Positions 34,884-46,977 of a stretch of 64,000 nt of DNA are shown here, piece after piece. The notes beneath the pieces were generated by a model. It saw nothing but the letters and a program-made list of their open reading frames with translations, ran no database searches and had not been told where the DNA came from. Every line of letters begins with the position of its first letter. Position 1 is the stretch's first letter. A program made the position numbers and the translations under genes. Origin of the DNA: Octopus sinensis (taxonomy: Eukaryota); assembly GCF_006345805.1 (NCBI RefSeq), contig NC_043000.1:57040001-57104000 (forward strand), in the 5' to 3' direction.

Positions 34884-35060
34884 TAGTAAAGGACAATCAG
34901 TAAGTTGTTATAATAGAACTCAGAGTTTCAAATGCCAGAGCTAAAAGTTTGGGGGCATTTTCATTGGCTATTATAGCCAAAGAAAGTGCCCCAAAGCCTT
35001 TAGCTCTGGCATTTGAAACTCTGAGTTCTCTTATGACAACTTACTGATTGTCCTATACTA
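34884..35060. mobile_element. 177-bp foldback (palindromic) MITE-like element in (TA)n
   Basis: ~87-bp arms around a TTA loop (34971-34973); the core GAACTCAGAGTTTCAAATGCCAGAGCTAAA is perfectly inverted. Confidence 0.9.
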
Positions 35061-36109
35061 TATATATATATATATATATATACATACACACACACATACG
35101 TGTGTTGATTTGTTTATGTCCATGTAATTTAGTGGTTTGGCCTAGAAGAGACTGATAGTATAAGTACTAGAATAAACTATGTTCTAGGATCAATCTGATG
35201 AACTAAAAGCCTCAAAAGCTATGTTTATGGTTCAGACTAATTTGCATAATTTACCCAAACTTGAACTAAGAGAAATAACTCAGACTGGCCGGTGGCATGA
35301 ATATTGTCAGTAAAGTCAAATATATGTATATCAAACGTCTTACTAAATAAATTCTTGACTCCTTGAAATCATCTCCCCTTATGCAAATTACATTGACCAT
35401 AAATATTTTCAGCTCTCTCTGTATATATACATACACAAACACATACATATGGTTAGGGTGTTGTACTCACCATTGCAAGGTTGTGGTTTCAATTCCTAGA
35501 CTGGGTGGTGCATTGAGTTCTTGAGCAAAACACTTCATCTCTTATTGCTCTGCAATCACTTTGACACCTGACACATGGTACACTATGCACCTGTTCAAAA
35601 AACGTCAGTTTGATGGAGAGAGTGAACTAATGTGTAGCATGAACAAATCATTTGTGCAGTTCGTTTGGCAAAAGCTGAATGCTCATATGTCATCTTTGAT
35701 GGGAGAGTTCATCATAGATGTATCACAAACTCATCTGCAAGATCCATGGTAGGACAGTAGGTATCAACTGCACTGCTGTGCTGATGATACCTATTGAAGC
35801 AGGTTGTTCACATCTCTCCAGACAATCGAAATGTCTTTTCCTTAACAGCATGTGATTCTTGTGATTATCTCTCCTCATTTTGAGTTGGTTGCAATTGCCA
35901 TAAAGTGTTTGATTATTCTTTCTCTCTTCAAGGAAAAATAATTTATGAAAATCAAGAATTTATCTTCAAGGGCATTTAATATACCTTTACTCAGCATTGT
36001 GTGTCTGTGTGTGTGGTTGTCTTAAGATTATCCAAGCAATTTGTAGATTCCCCCTCCCTATAAGACTCCTTAGGACCTGCAAATACAAGAAGAGATGACA
36101 ATACACAAG

Positions 36110-36690
36110 ACATATACACACACACATACATATATATATATATACATATCCATATATGTATATGTATATACATATATATATACATATATATATATGTATA
36201 TACATATATATGTACATATATACATACATATATATACATATTTACATATATATATGTACATATATACATACATATACATATATACATACATATTTACATA
36301 TATATATATATATATATACACATGCATATATATACATATATAGATTTATATATACATACATATAATATATATATACATATATATATATATAATGTTCAAA
36401 TATGTATGTATAATGTGTATGTATATACATATGTATATGTAGGTGCATTTACATTCATATATTTATGCACATATATATATACATATTGTGTGTATGTGTA
36501 CATGTATTACGTATATATGTGTATGTATGTATATATATATATATATAGCACATACAATAGGCATATGTATTATATGCACACACACACACATAGACATATG
36601 TATTATATGTATAGATATAATATAAATGTACATGTGTATTATTTGTGTATGTGTGTATATTTATTTATAAATTTACAAATATGCACACAG
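36110..36690. repeat. AT/ATAC/GT compound microsatellite field
   Basis: Direct reading; it explains the YIYI-type ORFs. Confidence 0.95.
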
Positions 36691-37189
36691 CGTGACTTCT
36701 TCGTCTAGTCAGATGATAGCCAGCTCATTAATGAGACATCTGTAGATCATAGGATTATTGTGACATATGCTCGTTCAGCCTGACACAGACACATATGCCG
36801 CTCTCTTTTGTATAGTTTGTATGTATAGGACATAAAGCTAAATATACAGTGATATGCTTGAGCAGAAACTATTTCAAATGTAGGTTTTGTGACAGAGAAT
36901 ACTCTTTGAGTGTTTTTCATGTTAAAAGATACCCATAATTCTGTAGAGGTTATATTTTGAAGTTTTTCTTCACCTGGTGTTTATGCTACATAGACGAAAT
37001 TGAGTAGTTCTGCACCTCCGCAGAAAGTACATACACTTGTGTGTGTGTGTGCATGTTTGTGTATCAGTATGTATATATAAATGGATGGTCAGAAACTTGC
37101 TTCCGACCTCATGGTTCTGGGTTCAGTTCCACTGCATAGCACCTTGGGCTAGTGTTATCTACTGTAGCCTCGGGTTGACCAAAATTTAT

Positions 37190-37350
37190 TTAAATATATA
37201 TAAGTATATATATATATATATACATACATACATACAAATGTATATATATATATTTATATATGTATGTATATATATATATATATATATTTATATGTCTGTG
37301 TGTGTATATATATAATATATATATATATATATACATATATATATTATATA

Positions 37351-37381
<31 letters not shown>

Positions 37382-37865
37382 TTATATATGTATATATATA
37401 TATATATATATACATATATATATTTATATATGTATATATATATATATATTATATATATACATATATATATTTATATGTATGTATATATATATATATATAC
37501 ACATACATACATATATATATATATATAATATATATATATACACATACATACATATATTTATATATGTATGTATATATATATACACATACATACATATATT
37601 TATATATGTATGTATATATATATACACATACATACATATATTTATATATGTATGTATATATATATACACATACATACATATATTTATATATGTATGTATA
37701 TATATACACATACATACATATATAAATATATATATATACATACATACATATATAAATATATATATACATACATATATATATATAATATATACATACATAT
37801 ATATATATAATATATATATATATATTGGTAAAACGGTAAGATAACATATATATATATATATGCCT
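37190..37865. repeat. AT-rich microsatellite field containing a 42-bp minisatellite (~37520-37720)
   Basis: Unit TACACATACATACATATATTTATATATGTATGTATATATATA repeated about 4-5 times. Confidence 0.9.
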
Positions 37866-38254
37866 AGAATATAATTTCTGTTTGTAGTTAACCAAATGAC
37901 GTCGCACTTTCGTTTTGAGAAATTCAATCCTATTTTCTATGGAAAATGAAACAAGAAAAGACTAACGTAAAAAATTTTTATAAATATCACCTAATATTTA
38001 GAATCTATAATTTGTAAGGTAGGGCTGAAATGTTTGTTCAACCATCCTTCAAAATACATACTTAATTCAGCCTTCTGTTGATACGGACTGCATGAAACAG
38101 TTTATAATTGTCTTGAGCACTTGCACTGCTAGTCTTCGTTGTGTGCTACGAGTTTTGCCTGTGACATATTCAACTCTAAAGTTTCAACTAATGATTTTAT
38201 CCTTTCAATTGTTCTATTGAACAACTATCCTTTATATGATGTTGGAGGTAGGAA

Positions 38255-38345
38255 TATTCACGTATTGTCACTTAGCAACCAGTTGAGAACCATTCCTCTA
38301 ATGTTACAAATGAGCATGCAGAGGTGGTCTGTGGAGGAGAGTGCA
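38255..38345 (+). mobile_element. Short 5' fragment of a second Tc1/mariner (DUF4817-type) element
   Basis: ATG at 38316 gives MQRWSVEESA (cf. MxRWSxExRAFAV); truncated immediately after. Confidence 0.4.
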
Positions 38346-39174
38346 ACACTCCTAGATCTACATGCTTTTTTTAGAAGTGGAATGCATTATTTAGCTATTT
38401 CTCTATTAGTAAAACGAATTTATTTTCTTCATTGCTATTTGAATATTGTATCAGTTCTTTGAGTCACAATGATAAATGAATCAAATAAATAAATTAATAA
38501 TTTTGAGAGAGAGAGAAATATCTTTTGTAATTTGGGTTTTTTCTTTTTTTTATTAAGAATACTGTGAGACTACAAAGAAAGTACCTAATTTATCCTTTCT
38601 TATGTGTCAATGTTAGAAACATCATCATTTAACATAAATGTTCCTTGGATTGTTTTTGCTTGGTATAAATGGTATTTGGTGTCTCTGAGATACCCTTCAG
38701 TGATTTCAGTAACTGTAGCTTTTTCTTATTTTTCTTTTTGTTTCTGTGAGTTCAGCTTCTATGAAATTTAAATAATACATTGTAACTTCAGAAGTTTAAA
38801 TAAAGTTTGGTAATAAATATACTAAGAGTTGCTGTGTGGTTAAAGATCATTTTGCACCACATGGTTTTGCATGCAGTCTCACTGTGTAGCACATAGGGTG
38901 AGTGTCTTCTTCTATAGCTCCTTTTTATTGTTTTAATAAACAAGCATTCTTTATATCTTATAGAAAAGAAGAATATTCATATTGTTTCTCTTTGCAGTTA
39001 TTTGAGACCATTCCTTTATGCCTTGAGAGTGAATTTGCTAGGTGGAAACTGTAAGAAGCTTGTCATGTGTGCACATGCACACACACATACATATATGATG
39101 TGGTGTATGTGTACCTGAATGTTGATATTCCACTTGTTACCAGTTGAGTAAAATGGTGAGGATGTGACATGCCC

Positions 39175-39420
39175 ACAGACATATAGTGGATAAAAGCGTG
39201 GGCTTGGATTCTAAGTTCAATCCAAGGCAAGGACTTAAAAATAATATCAACAAAAAAATAACATAAGCAACATACTTTAGGAATGGGAACAGTGTACTCC
39301 ATTAGTCAAATAAAGGGTTGGGTTTGAAATTCCACTAGAACACCTGATGAAGGCTGGAGAGTACATCAGCTGAAATGTGTTAACAACAAACAAGATGAGG
39401 ACACCTATCAGTCCATTATA
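39175..39420 (+). mobile_element. Older single copy of the tRNA-head/hammerhead-tail element
   Basis: GACATATAGTGGATAAAAGCGTGGGC..AAGTTCAATCCAAGGCA head; ACACCTGATGAAGGCTGGAGAGTACATCAGCTGAAATGTGTTAACAACAAACAAGATGAGGAC tail. Confidence 0.7.
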
Positions 39421-40689
39421 AATAGTGTATATAACCCTTCATACACATTGGATAAAATATTCCAAGATATACTATGCCTGAAAATAAGTAAAGACAGGAT
39501 GATTGCAGCTGGAGCAGTCTTCATCAAAAGCTCTCTTAATGTATGCAGGCATATATTGTAGAATTGAGCAAGAAGAAAAACCCTAACAGACTTACTCCAT
39601 AAGTTTTCATGGATTTTAGATTTTAGTCTTGGACCACAATTCAAAGTCAATCACAATTCAGGATATTTTACTCCACTTAAGTCATTTAATTTCCTTCAAA
39701 CAAGTATGAACATTTCAGCACTTGATAACTTACCTCTAAAATATAGGGGTTTTTCAACTTATCAAAGAAAAGTCTACTTGTATTTTTTTTATTAAAGTCT
39801 AGGGGAAAATGTTAATTTGCACTTAGCTGCTAACTTCTGTTTACTTGGCTGACATAGTACCACACATACTTATAGGGTGGGAGATTAGCTGTAGTAAGGA
39901 CATTTAATTATATCAGAATATCACCTCCATATTATTTGTGAGCTACTTTTAACCTGTCACCTTAAAGGTTTGCGTGGTACTGTGTTGCCTAGAAAAACAA
40001 GCAAGCAGCCCTGTGCATGTTAAACATACATAAGGGGTAATGAAATAAGAGCAAGTAATATAATAAGATTGTAGTTATCTTCGTTTAGAACAAAATTAAG
40101 CTTGTATTCATAGTCAAAAGGAGTCATTACTGCTGCCAGCTCCACCTCCACTCCCACCCTACCCCATCACCACTACTACTACTACTAGTTGATTGACAGT
40201 ATCTTTAGAGCATCAGACAAAATGCCATAGGGTATTTCATCTGGCTCTTTATGTTCTGACTTTAAATTTCATCAAGCTCAAATTTTACTTTTTACACTTT
40301 TGTGGAGGGGTTGATTAAAAAAAGTTAAGTACTGTAGGACTGATGATGTAAATAAATCCTTTCTACTGTAGCCACAAGGCCTGAAATTTTGTGGGAGGGG
40401 TAAGTCAATTTACATCAACCCAGTGCTTGACTGGTACTTATTTCATCAACCCCGAAAGGAAGAAAGGCAAAGTTGACCTCAGTGGAATGTGAACTCAGAA
40501 CATGAATAAATATATCAAAGTTGAAGGTGACTGGAATCTACTCTCCCTGTTTACATAAATGGTGTGGTGTAACATTATTGATTTCTTAAGTATTGTATTT
40601 TAAAATATGTCATCTGTAATTTTACTTTTTATCCTTTTGCGGAGGGGTTGATTAAAATAGAGCAGAAGGACAGTTTCATATATCTGGCA

Positions 40690-41235
40690 AGTTGGATAGC
40701 ATCAGATGGAAGGTCAGATAAGGATATCAAGTGCAGAATTGGATCAGCATAGAAGACTTTTATAGATACGAGGAGCATTTTTTGTGCAAAGAGAATTGGA
40801 ATGGAAGTCAAGAAAAGACTATTGAAGTGCTACATCTGGTCGGTGCTAAAGCAAAGTCATGGAGAAGAGACTCAAAGCTGCAGAAATGTGGTTTTATAGA
40901 AAAATGCTTAGAATCTCGAGGGTATAGTGGGTGGACGAATGTGGAAGTGTTAAAGAAGATGAAAGTGAAGAGACAGTTGATGGATACTATCAGAAAGAGA
41001 CAGTGGAGATTTGTTGGTCATTTTCTCAAAGAAGATGATGGAATGAAGCGTTACATGGTGGAGATTGAACTGGTGGGAAGGAGAGCGAGAGGAAGGCAGA
41101 GAATGAAGAAAAGAATCAATGTGCAGAGCGAGAAAGATCTGGGTGATGTTGCAAGAGACAGAAATAAATGGAGGAGGGACAAGCTATGATTCGTCAATAG
41201 TATGAATATGCCATGACACAAGAAGAGAGAGAGCT
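40690..41235 (+). pseudogene. RTE LINE 3' fragment (post-RT region to tail)
   Basis: IASDGRSDKDIKCRIGSA*KTF..MEVKKRLLKCYIWSVL; TNVEVLKKMKVKRQLMDTIRKRQWRFVGHFLK..GRRARGRQR..VARDRNKWR. Confidence 0.85.
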
Positions 41236-42540
41236 ATAATTTAAACAAATAATTACTAAATTGATAAATTTGATACATGTTCTTTTTTTTCTCCTTACTA
41301 AAACTCATCTGTTTTGGCATCTTTTGATTGGCTGACCTCTTTCTTTCTTTTTTGACTGTCATCGTCATTAGAAGCACATCGCCCATTATCTTTTGTAGGG
41401 CTTCCAAGACTGGTAAGAAAAATGTTTCAAGAAACTACTACTCATAGATAATCCTTAAACTGGCAATTAACAAGATACTTGCCTGAGGTGCTGCGCAGTG
41501 GGGTTGAACCTGAAACCATGTGATCGTAAAACAAACTTAACCACATGTCCTGATTTTCATGCCTCAAAGTTCCAGCACCTTTTTTTATTAGTCTCATGAC
41601 ATTGGACCCCCAACAGTTTGTGTTCATTGAACGCATGACATGACTCTTATACAGAATTGAACAGGTGTTAACCATATGTTCATTTAATGCATTGATCTTT
41701 TCAGAAATCTTAATGATTCACTAGGTTAGTATTGAACTCTGGTTTTCCATACTGTTAAGTGGGTGGAAGATACCATCTCCCAGGATAAGACATTATCCTA
41801 TTATAAGTAACTTTATAATGAAAACTCGCTATCTTTTACTCACTGCTTAGCTCAGATAAACAACAAAATACCAGCTACACATTTCAGCTAGTCAACAACC
41901 TAAAGCTTTATTTGCCACTACTATTTCATTTATTTGACAAAACCTCCTGTCTGTCTATATATTCACTCTTATGTTCTTTGCATCTAATCCATCTGTCTAT
42001 CTAAACTATCTATTTATATAATCTATCTATCTAATCATGTATGCATCTGCAGACAGGAGAAGTAGTACTCAAAAAATTTGAGTTTATTCATTTGAGGCTG
42101 GTAATTCACTTTAGTGTTACTCCAAATTTCTCACTTTTGTGTGTTTATCTTGTTGCCTAAACAAATTGAAAAAAGGGAAAAATAAAAGGGAAAAAGTGAT
42201 TAGCTTCAAATGCATGTGCATATGCTTGAATGTTTTCATTTATTTTTCTCATCTTTGTGTGGGTTGGGCAGATCTGCAGTATAGCATGCTGCCATTCTTC
42301 TTAATTCTCTAATCTACCATCTGTGTGGTTCATCTACCTGAGATCAAACTATACCCTCTTTTCCCCTCATGTCTGCTTCAGTTTTCTTATACTACAAGTA
42401 CTTTCTTCTAATTAACACAGGATACATTGATACATTTTTCATTGCATTGGTCTTATCGAAAACATGTGTATATAATATATGTATATGTGTGTGTGTATAT
42501 ACTCTCTCACACACACACATATGTATGTGTGTATATATAT

Positions 42541-42571
<31 letters not shown>

Positions 42572-42774
42572 ATATATATATATATAAACTGTTTTTAGCA
42601 TTTTCTTATTACTATCAAAGAATGTATATATGTATTGTAATATTTTGTGACAACCAGTATTTAACACAAAAAAGTTTTTACAAAGCTTTTACATTTTACT
42701 TTTGACAATCTTTTTTCTAAAAAAGTGAAACCAGTCAAGTGAATAAACACCTTTTAAAATTGCATTTTCAAACC

Positions 42775-42831
<57 letters not shown>

Positions 42832-45800
42832 TACACATAATCATATATGTACACACAATAGGCTTTCACACAGTTTCCATCTATCATATTTACTCACTAG
42901 GCATTGGTTGGCTTGGGGCTGTAGCAGAAGACACTTGCCTGAGATGCTGTACAGTAGGACTGAGCCTAAAATCATATTGTTGCAAAGCAAGCTTCTTGCT
43001 ATATAAGTGCAATCATGCCTGCAATTATATAGTAAAATCTTTCAGTACTCATTTACTTCTTTCACTATTCATTTATTATTTTTTTTTATTTCATGTCACA
43101 TTTTATGAACAACAACATCAATGGTTACACGTTCCCAACAAGTGAATCACATGCATTTACAATAGTAACTCACTGTTGCTGTTGTAAATATGGTGAACCA
43201 GTGATTTATAATGGTATCTGAGTCCCATAGACAAAGAATTGCCTGTGTGACTCAAGCAGAACAAATATCATAAGAGAGTGTGTTCAAAGCAACAGTTTAT
43301 TGTTTTTTTTGCCGATGCCTACTTGTCTGCTTGCTTCAGTACAATTTCTGTTTATCATATTTCATTCACAAGACATTAATCTACCTGAAGCTATGGTAGA
43401 ATGCATTTGTCTAATATTCTATGTAGTGAGATGAAGCCCTATAATTTCAAAACAAGCTTCTTAATCAGAAAGCCGTGTCACTTACTCTCTGTTTTTCCTG
43501 TGAGTTTTGTTTGTATTAGAATAAAGATTGGAGCTTGTATACGTTGGCTGAAGGATAAAGCCCACAGTCATTTTAAATTTGTCTATTCCAAGGAAGGGAG
43601 ACCTACAAGATGTTGCATTTTGTTTGTGTGGTGAATGTTCCATTTGAATTATATGTGTAAGCAATGTAAAATGAGCAAATGTTGATATAACCTCAGGTCA
43701 ACTTTGATTGAGCTGACTTGTGGCCAAAGGTGTTTCCAGCTGAGATTATGCCACTTTTTGTATATCATGGACTATATTATCTGATGTATACTTTAAGATG
43801 ATAGGTTGTATTTTAAGGGAAATTTGGCTGTTATTTCTAGCAGGTCCAGCAGGCTGTTATTTCTAGCAGGTCCAGCAAACAGATTTCATCTCTGGATTAT
43901 TGTGAAGTAGTGAAAGAAAGATGAGTCAGCTGAAAGCTATGGCAATGGATAGAGTCATTTTGACACAGCAATTTTTCAGACGCAGTCTGATTCACAGTCT
44001 TTTCTTTGATGCAGTTGGTCGTGTGTATGTGTGTGTATCTGTATGAATATAATGTTGAATCGGAATTGCTTGTTAGTGGGTGGGGTTGAGAACAATATAA
44101 ATAATCTCTATGTGAAAGAATGCTTATAGATAATAAATCTTTCTACACATGGTGTACTGTAGGGTTGGTGCTGACTGAGACGCATCAAAAGAGTCCCTCA
44201 AAACAGCAGGTATAATCATTGCGAATATAGATAGTCTCATAATAGCACAAAGACTGTAGCTTATAATGATCTCAGAAAGAGTTCTTTGGGCTATATGTTT
44301 CTTTTTTCTGGAATATATCCAATGTTTTGTTGGCAGACTGAAGAAGCATATCATGTTTTATGTTTATGCAGTTCCTCTTATATCTATTAACATATATTGT
44401 ACATATTTAATCTATTTTGTTTACTTCTTATGAATTTTCTAATGTACAAGGCAAAGTGAGTTTTCTTTTAAATGGCCCCTGCAATGGGTTGATACTCTGA
44501 AATTTAAAAAAAATTACATTAGAATTTCTAGGACATTTTGGTACATTACAGTGGTTAGTGTAAGGTTTTAACATCTTAGTATACATATGTTGAAAAAAAT
44601 GCAAACATTAACTTGTACTTTTTGGGGTGATTTTTCAGTTACCAAGGTTGACTAGATCTAATTATTTGGGTGCTATTTTATTAAATTTATTTTCAATTGA
44701 TAAGTGTGAAGTCAACAGTGTCTACATTCATCATGATACTTCAATTTTAATTTTTTTTTCCATTCTAGCATGTATTGAAGAAGTCTAACTTCCTTCATTT
44801 TAATATTGATATAAGCATTTTCAAACCTTCAATCTTGTACTTTTTTGTCTTGGGTTGGAATTGAACTTTCAGACCTTCATTAAAAATTCTTTGTGGCAGG
44901 AAAATAAGATAAAAAAACATGCTGGAACATTACTCATTAATGAAGGGTCATATGTTCTGTTGCATTCAAAGCATATGTTGTTTTTATTGTTACTTAGCCT
45001 CAGATTAGTATGGATTGAGTAGATCAATTAGTCAAAGGTATTCTTGTTGGGATCATCCTGTCTTTTTGAATTACATTGTTTAATGTATTCATTTTGATTT
45101 AAGACTAAGATATTATTCAAGTAAACTTTATTTTTCAGGAGGTTGAGTGATTCCATCGAGGCTATTGTTGGCTTGTCCAAAAGCATGCTTGGAATGTCTT
45201 TGATCATATGTCTTTCTAATCAAGGATCACTTGGGAACTAAACTGCAACAAACTGATAGCAGTTTTGGTTGGAAATAAATATAAAGAGAGATGATCTCAG
45301 TAGTAAATTTCCAAATTAGTTGTAAATTTATTAGTTGCATAATGGTTTATAATACTAAACTAATGGGTAATTTGATGGTTTACAGTGGCAGAATGGTTAG
45401 TTGTTGCATGGTTTACAACAGACATAGACAACCTTTTTTCAAGAAGTGGACATCATTAGTTGGGCCTTACTGTTACAGAAATTCAAGGTATTTTTTGTTA
45501 GACATGCCATTCAGAAAGTCTTGCAGGCTGCAGTTTGCTGATGACTGGTTTATAGAATCAAACTAATTAGCGTTTTTTAGAGGCAGGTAGTTACAGCATC
45601 CAACTTAGTAGTTTGGTAATTTAATGGTTTTACGCCAGTAGTTTGGTAGTTTAATAGTTTTGTATTGATTGATGATTTATGGTGCAAACCTGATGAGGGG
45701 TTTGGCAGTTCTAAAGCAGAATCCTCTCCTGTGAGTTAGAAAAAAGGATTATACTATTATAGGGATTACACTATTCATTCACAGCTTTCTTTCTTCAGTT

Positions 45801-46124
45801 CTGCTTTTCATTAGCTGCCATCAATCAGTCACTGACATGACGTTTTATTCAGTATGACTGTGAGTCATTCTTTCTCTTCATCTGTTTATACTATGACAAT
45901 GTTTTCCCATATACAGCAAGCCAACAATAAAAATAAAAAAAATCATTATATTGCCTATTTGATATGCAGAATATTCAACTAATTTTTCTCCACCCACTCA
46001 ATGTCTCAACTGAGTATTTCTCACTGCTACACAGCATGTCTACAAAGGATAAATATTTATGCAACCCTCACATTAATGTTCATTAATTGATTCAGTTTCT
46101 TTTCTTTTCCCTTTTTCAGTCATA

Positions 46125-46470
46125 AGACTGTGGCCATGCTGGGGCATCACCTTGAAAATTTTTTAGTCGAATCTGTACTTTTTTTTTTTAAAGTACTGGT
46201 ACTTATTCTATCTATTAGTCTCTTTTGCTGAACTGCTAATTTAAGGGTATGTAAACATACCACCATCAATTGTCAAGTAGTGGTGAGGGACAAACACATA
46301 GAGACTCACATACACATGTGTATGATGGACTTTTTTTCAGTTTCAATCTACCAAATCCACTCACAAGGTTTTAGTCAGCCTGAGGCTATAGTAAAAGACA
46401 TTTGCCCAAGGTGCCGCACAATGGGACTGAACCCGGGATCATGGGTTGGGAAGCAAGCTTCTTACCACAG
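46125..46470 (-). mobile_element. Family A SINE
   Basis: Full tail-core-head in reverse. Further copies at 47735-48085 (-), 49200-49330 (+), 50100-50430 (-) and 59065-59450 (-). Confidence 0.85.
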
Positions 46471-46582
46471 AGCTATGACTTTGATTTGTTTTTTTTTAAC
46501 TTTATTGTTAGGAAGTTTTCAGCCCTATTCCTATTACATTATTTACAATTGACGGATATTTGTCTTCATCTTGTTTGTTGTT

Positions 46583-46628
46583 AACACAACATTTCGGCTG
46601 ATATACCCTCCAGCCTTCATCAGGTATC
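46583..46628 (-). ncRNA. Mirror copy of the hammerhead-like motif
   Basis: Reverse complement GATACCTGATGAAGGCTGGAGGGTATATCAGCCGAAATGTTGTGTT. Confidence 0.65.
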
Positions 46629-46931
46629 TTGGGGAAATTTCGAACTTGGGTCCTCATTCCTAAGATACTTTCCGATGATGATGATGATGATGTTGTTGTT
46701 GTTGTTATTCAGGTTACTGCCTGGAATCGAACTCGGAATCTTGGGGTTAGTAGCCCGCACTCTTAACTACTATGCCATATGCTCATGGCATAGTGGTTAA
46801 GAGTGCGGGCTACTAACCCCAAGATTCCGAGTTCGATTCCAGGCAGTAACCTGAATAATAACAACAACAACAACATCATCATCATTGGAAAGTACCTTAG
46901 GAATGAGAACCCAGGTTCAAAATTTCCCCAA

Positions 46932-46977
46932 GATACCTGATGAAGGCTGGAGACTATATCAGCCGAAATGTTGTGTT
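46932..46977 (+). ncRNA. Minimal type-I hammerhead ribozyme-like motif (Penelope pLTR type)
   Basis: GATAC | CTGATGA A | GGCTG gagactatat CAGCC | GAAA TGTT | GTGTT. Stem I GATAC/GTGTT, stem II 5 bp; stem III is reduced to AATGTT (one CpG transition from palindromic AACGTT). Confidence 0.65.

Noticed and set aside
35987-37927. Many long ORFs (up to 194 aa) in the ORF track
   Set aside because: They are translations of (AT)n/(ATAC)n microsatellites (YIYI/MYVC repeats). The same applies to ORFs at 1.2-1.6, 3.1-3.5, 7.8-8.1, 12.5-12.7, 31.9-32.8 and 42.4-42.7 kb.
45685-45720. CTGATGAG word resembling a hammerhead core
   Set aside because: No stem II or downstream GAAA; the other isolated CTGATGA words (35.2, 40.3, 52.8 kb) fail the same test.
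46785-46850. tRNA-like sequence with ACT anticodon loop (also 25762-25830)
   Set aside because: It has A/B boxes but no proper acceptor stem and is followed by a microsatellite and retroelement tail, so it is a SINE head and not a tRNA gene.
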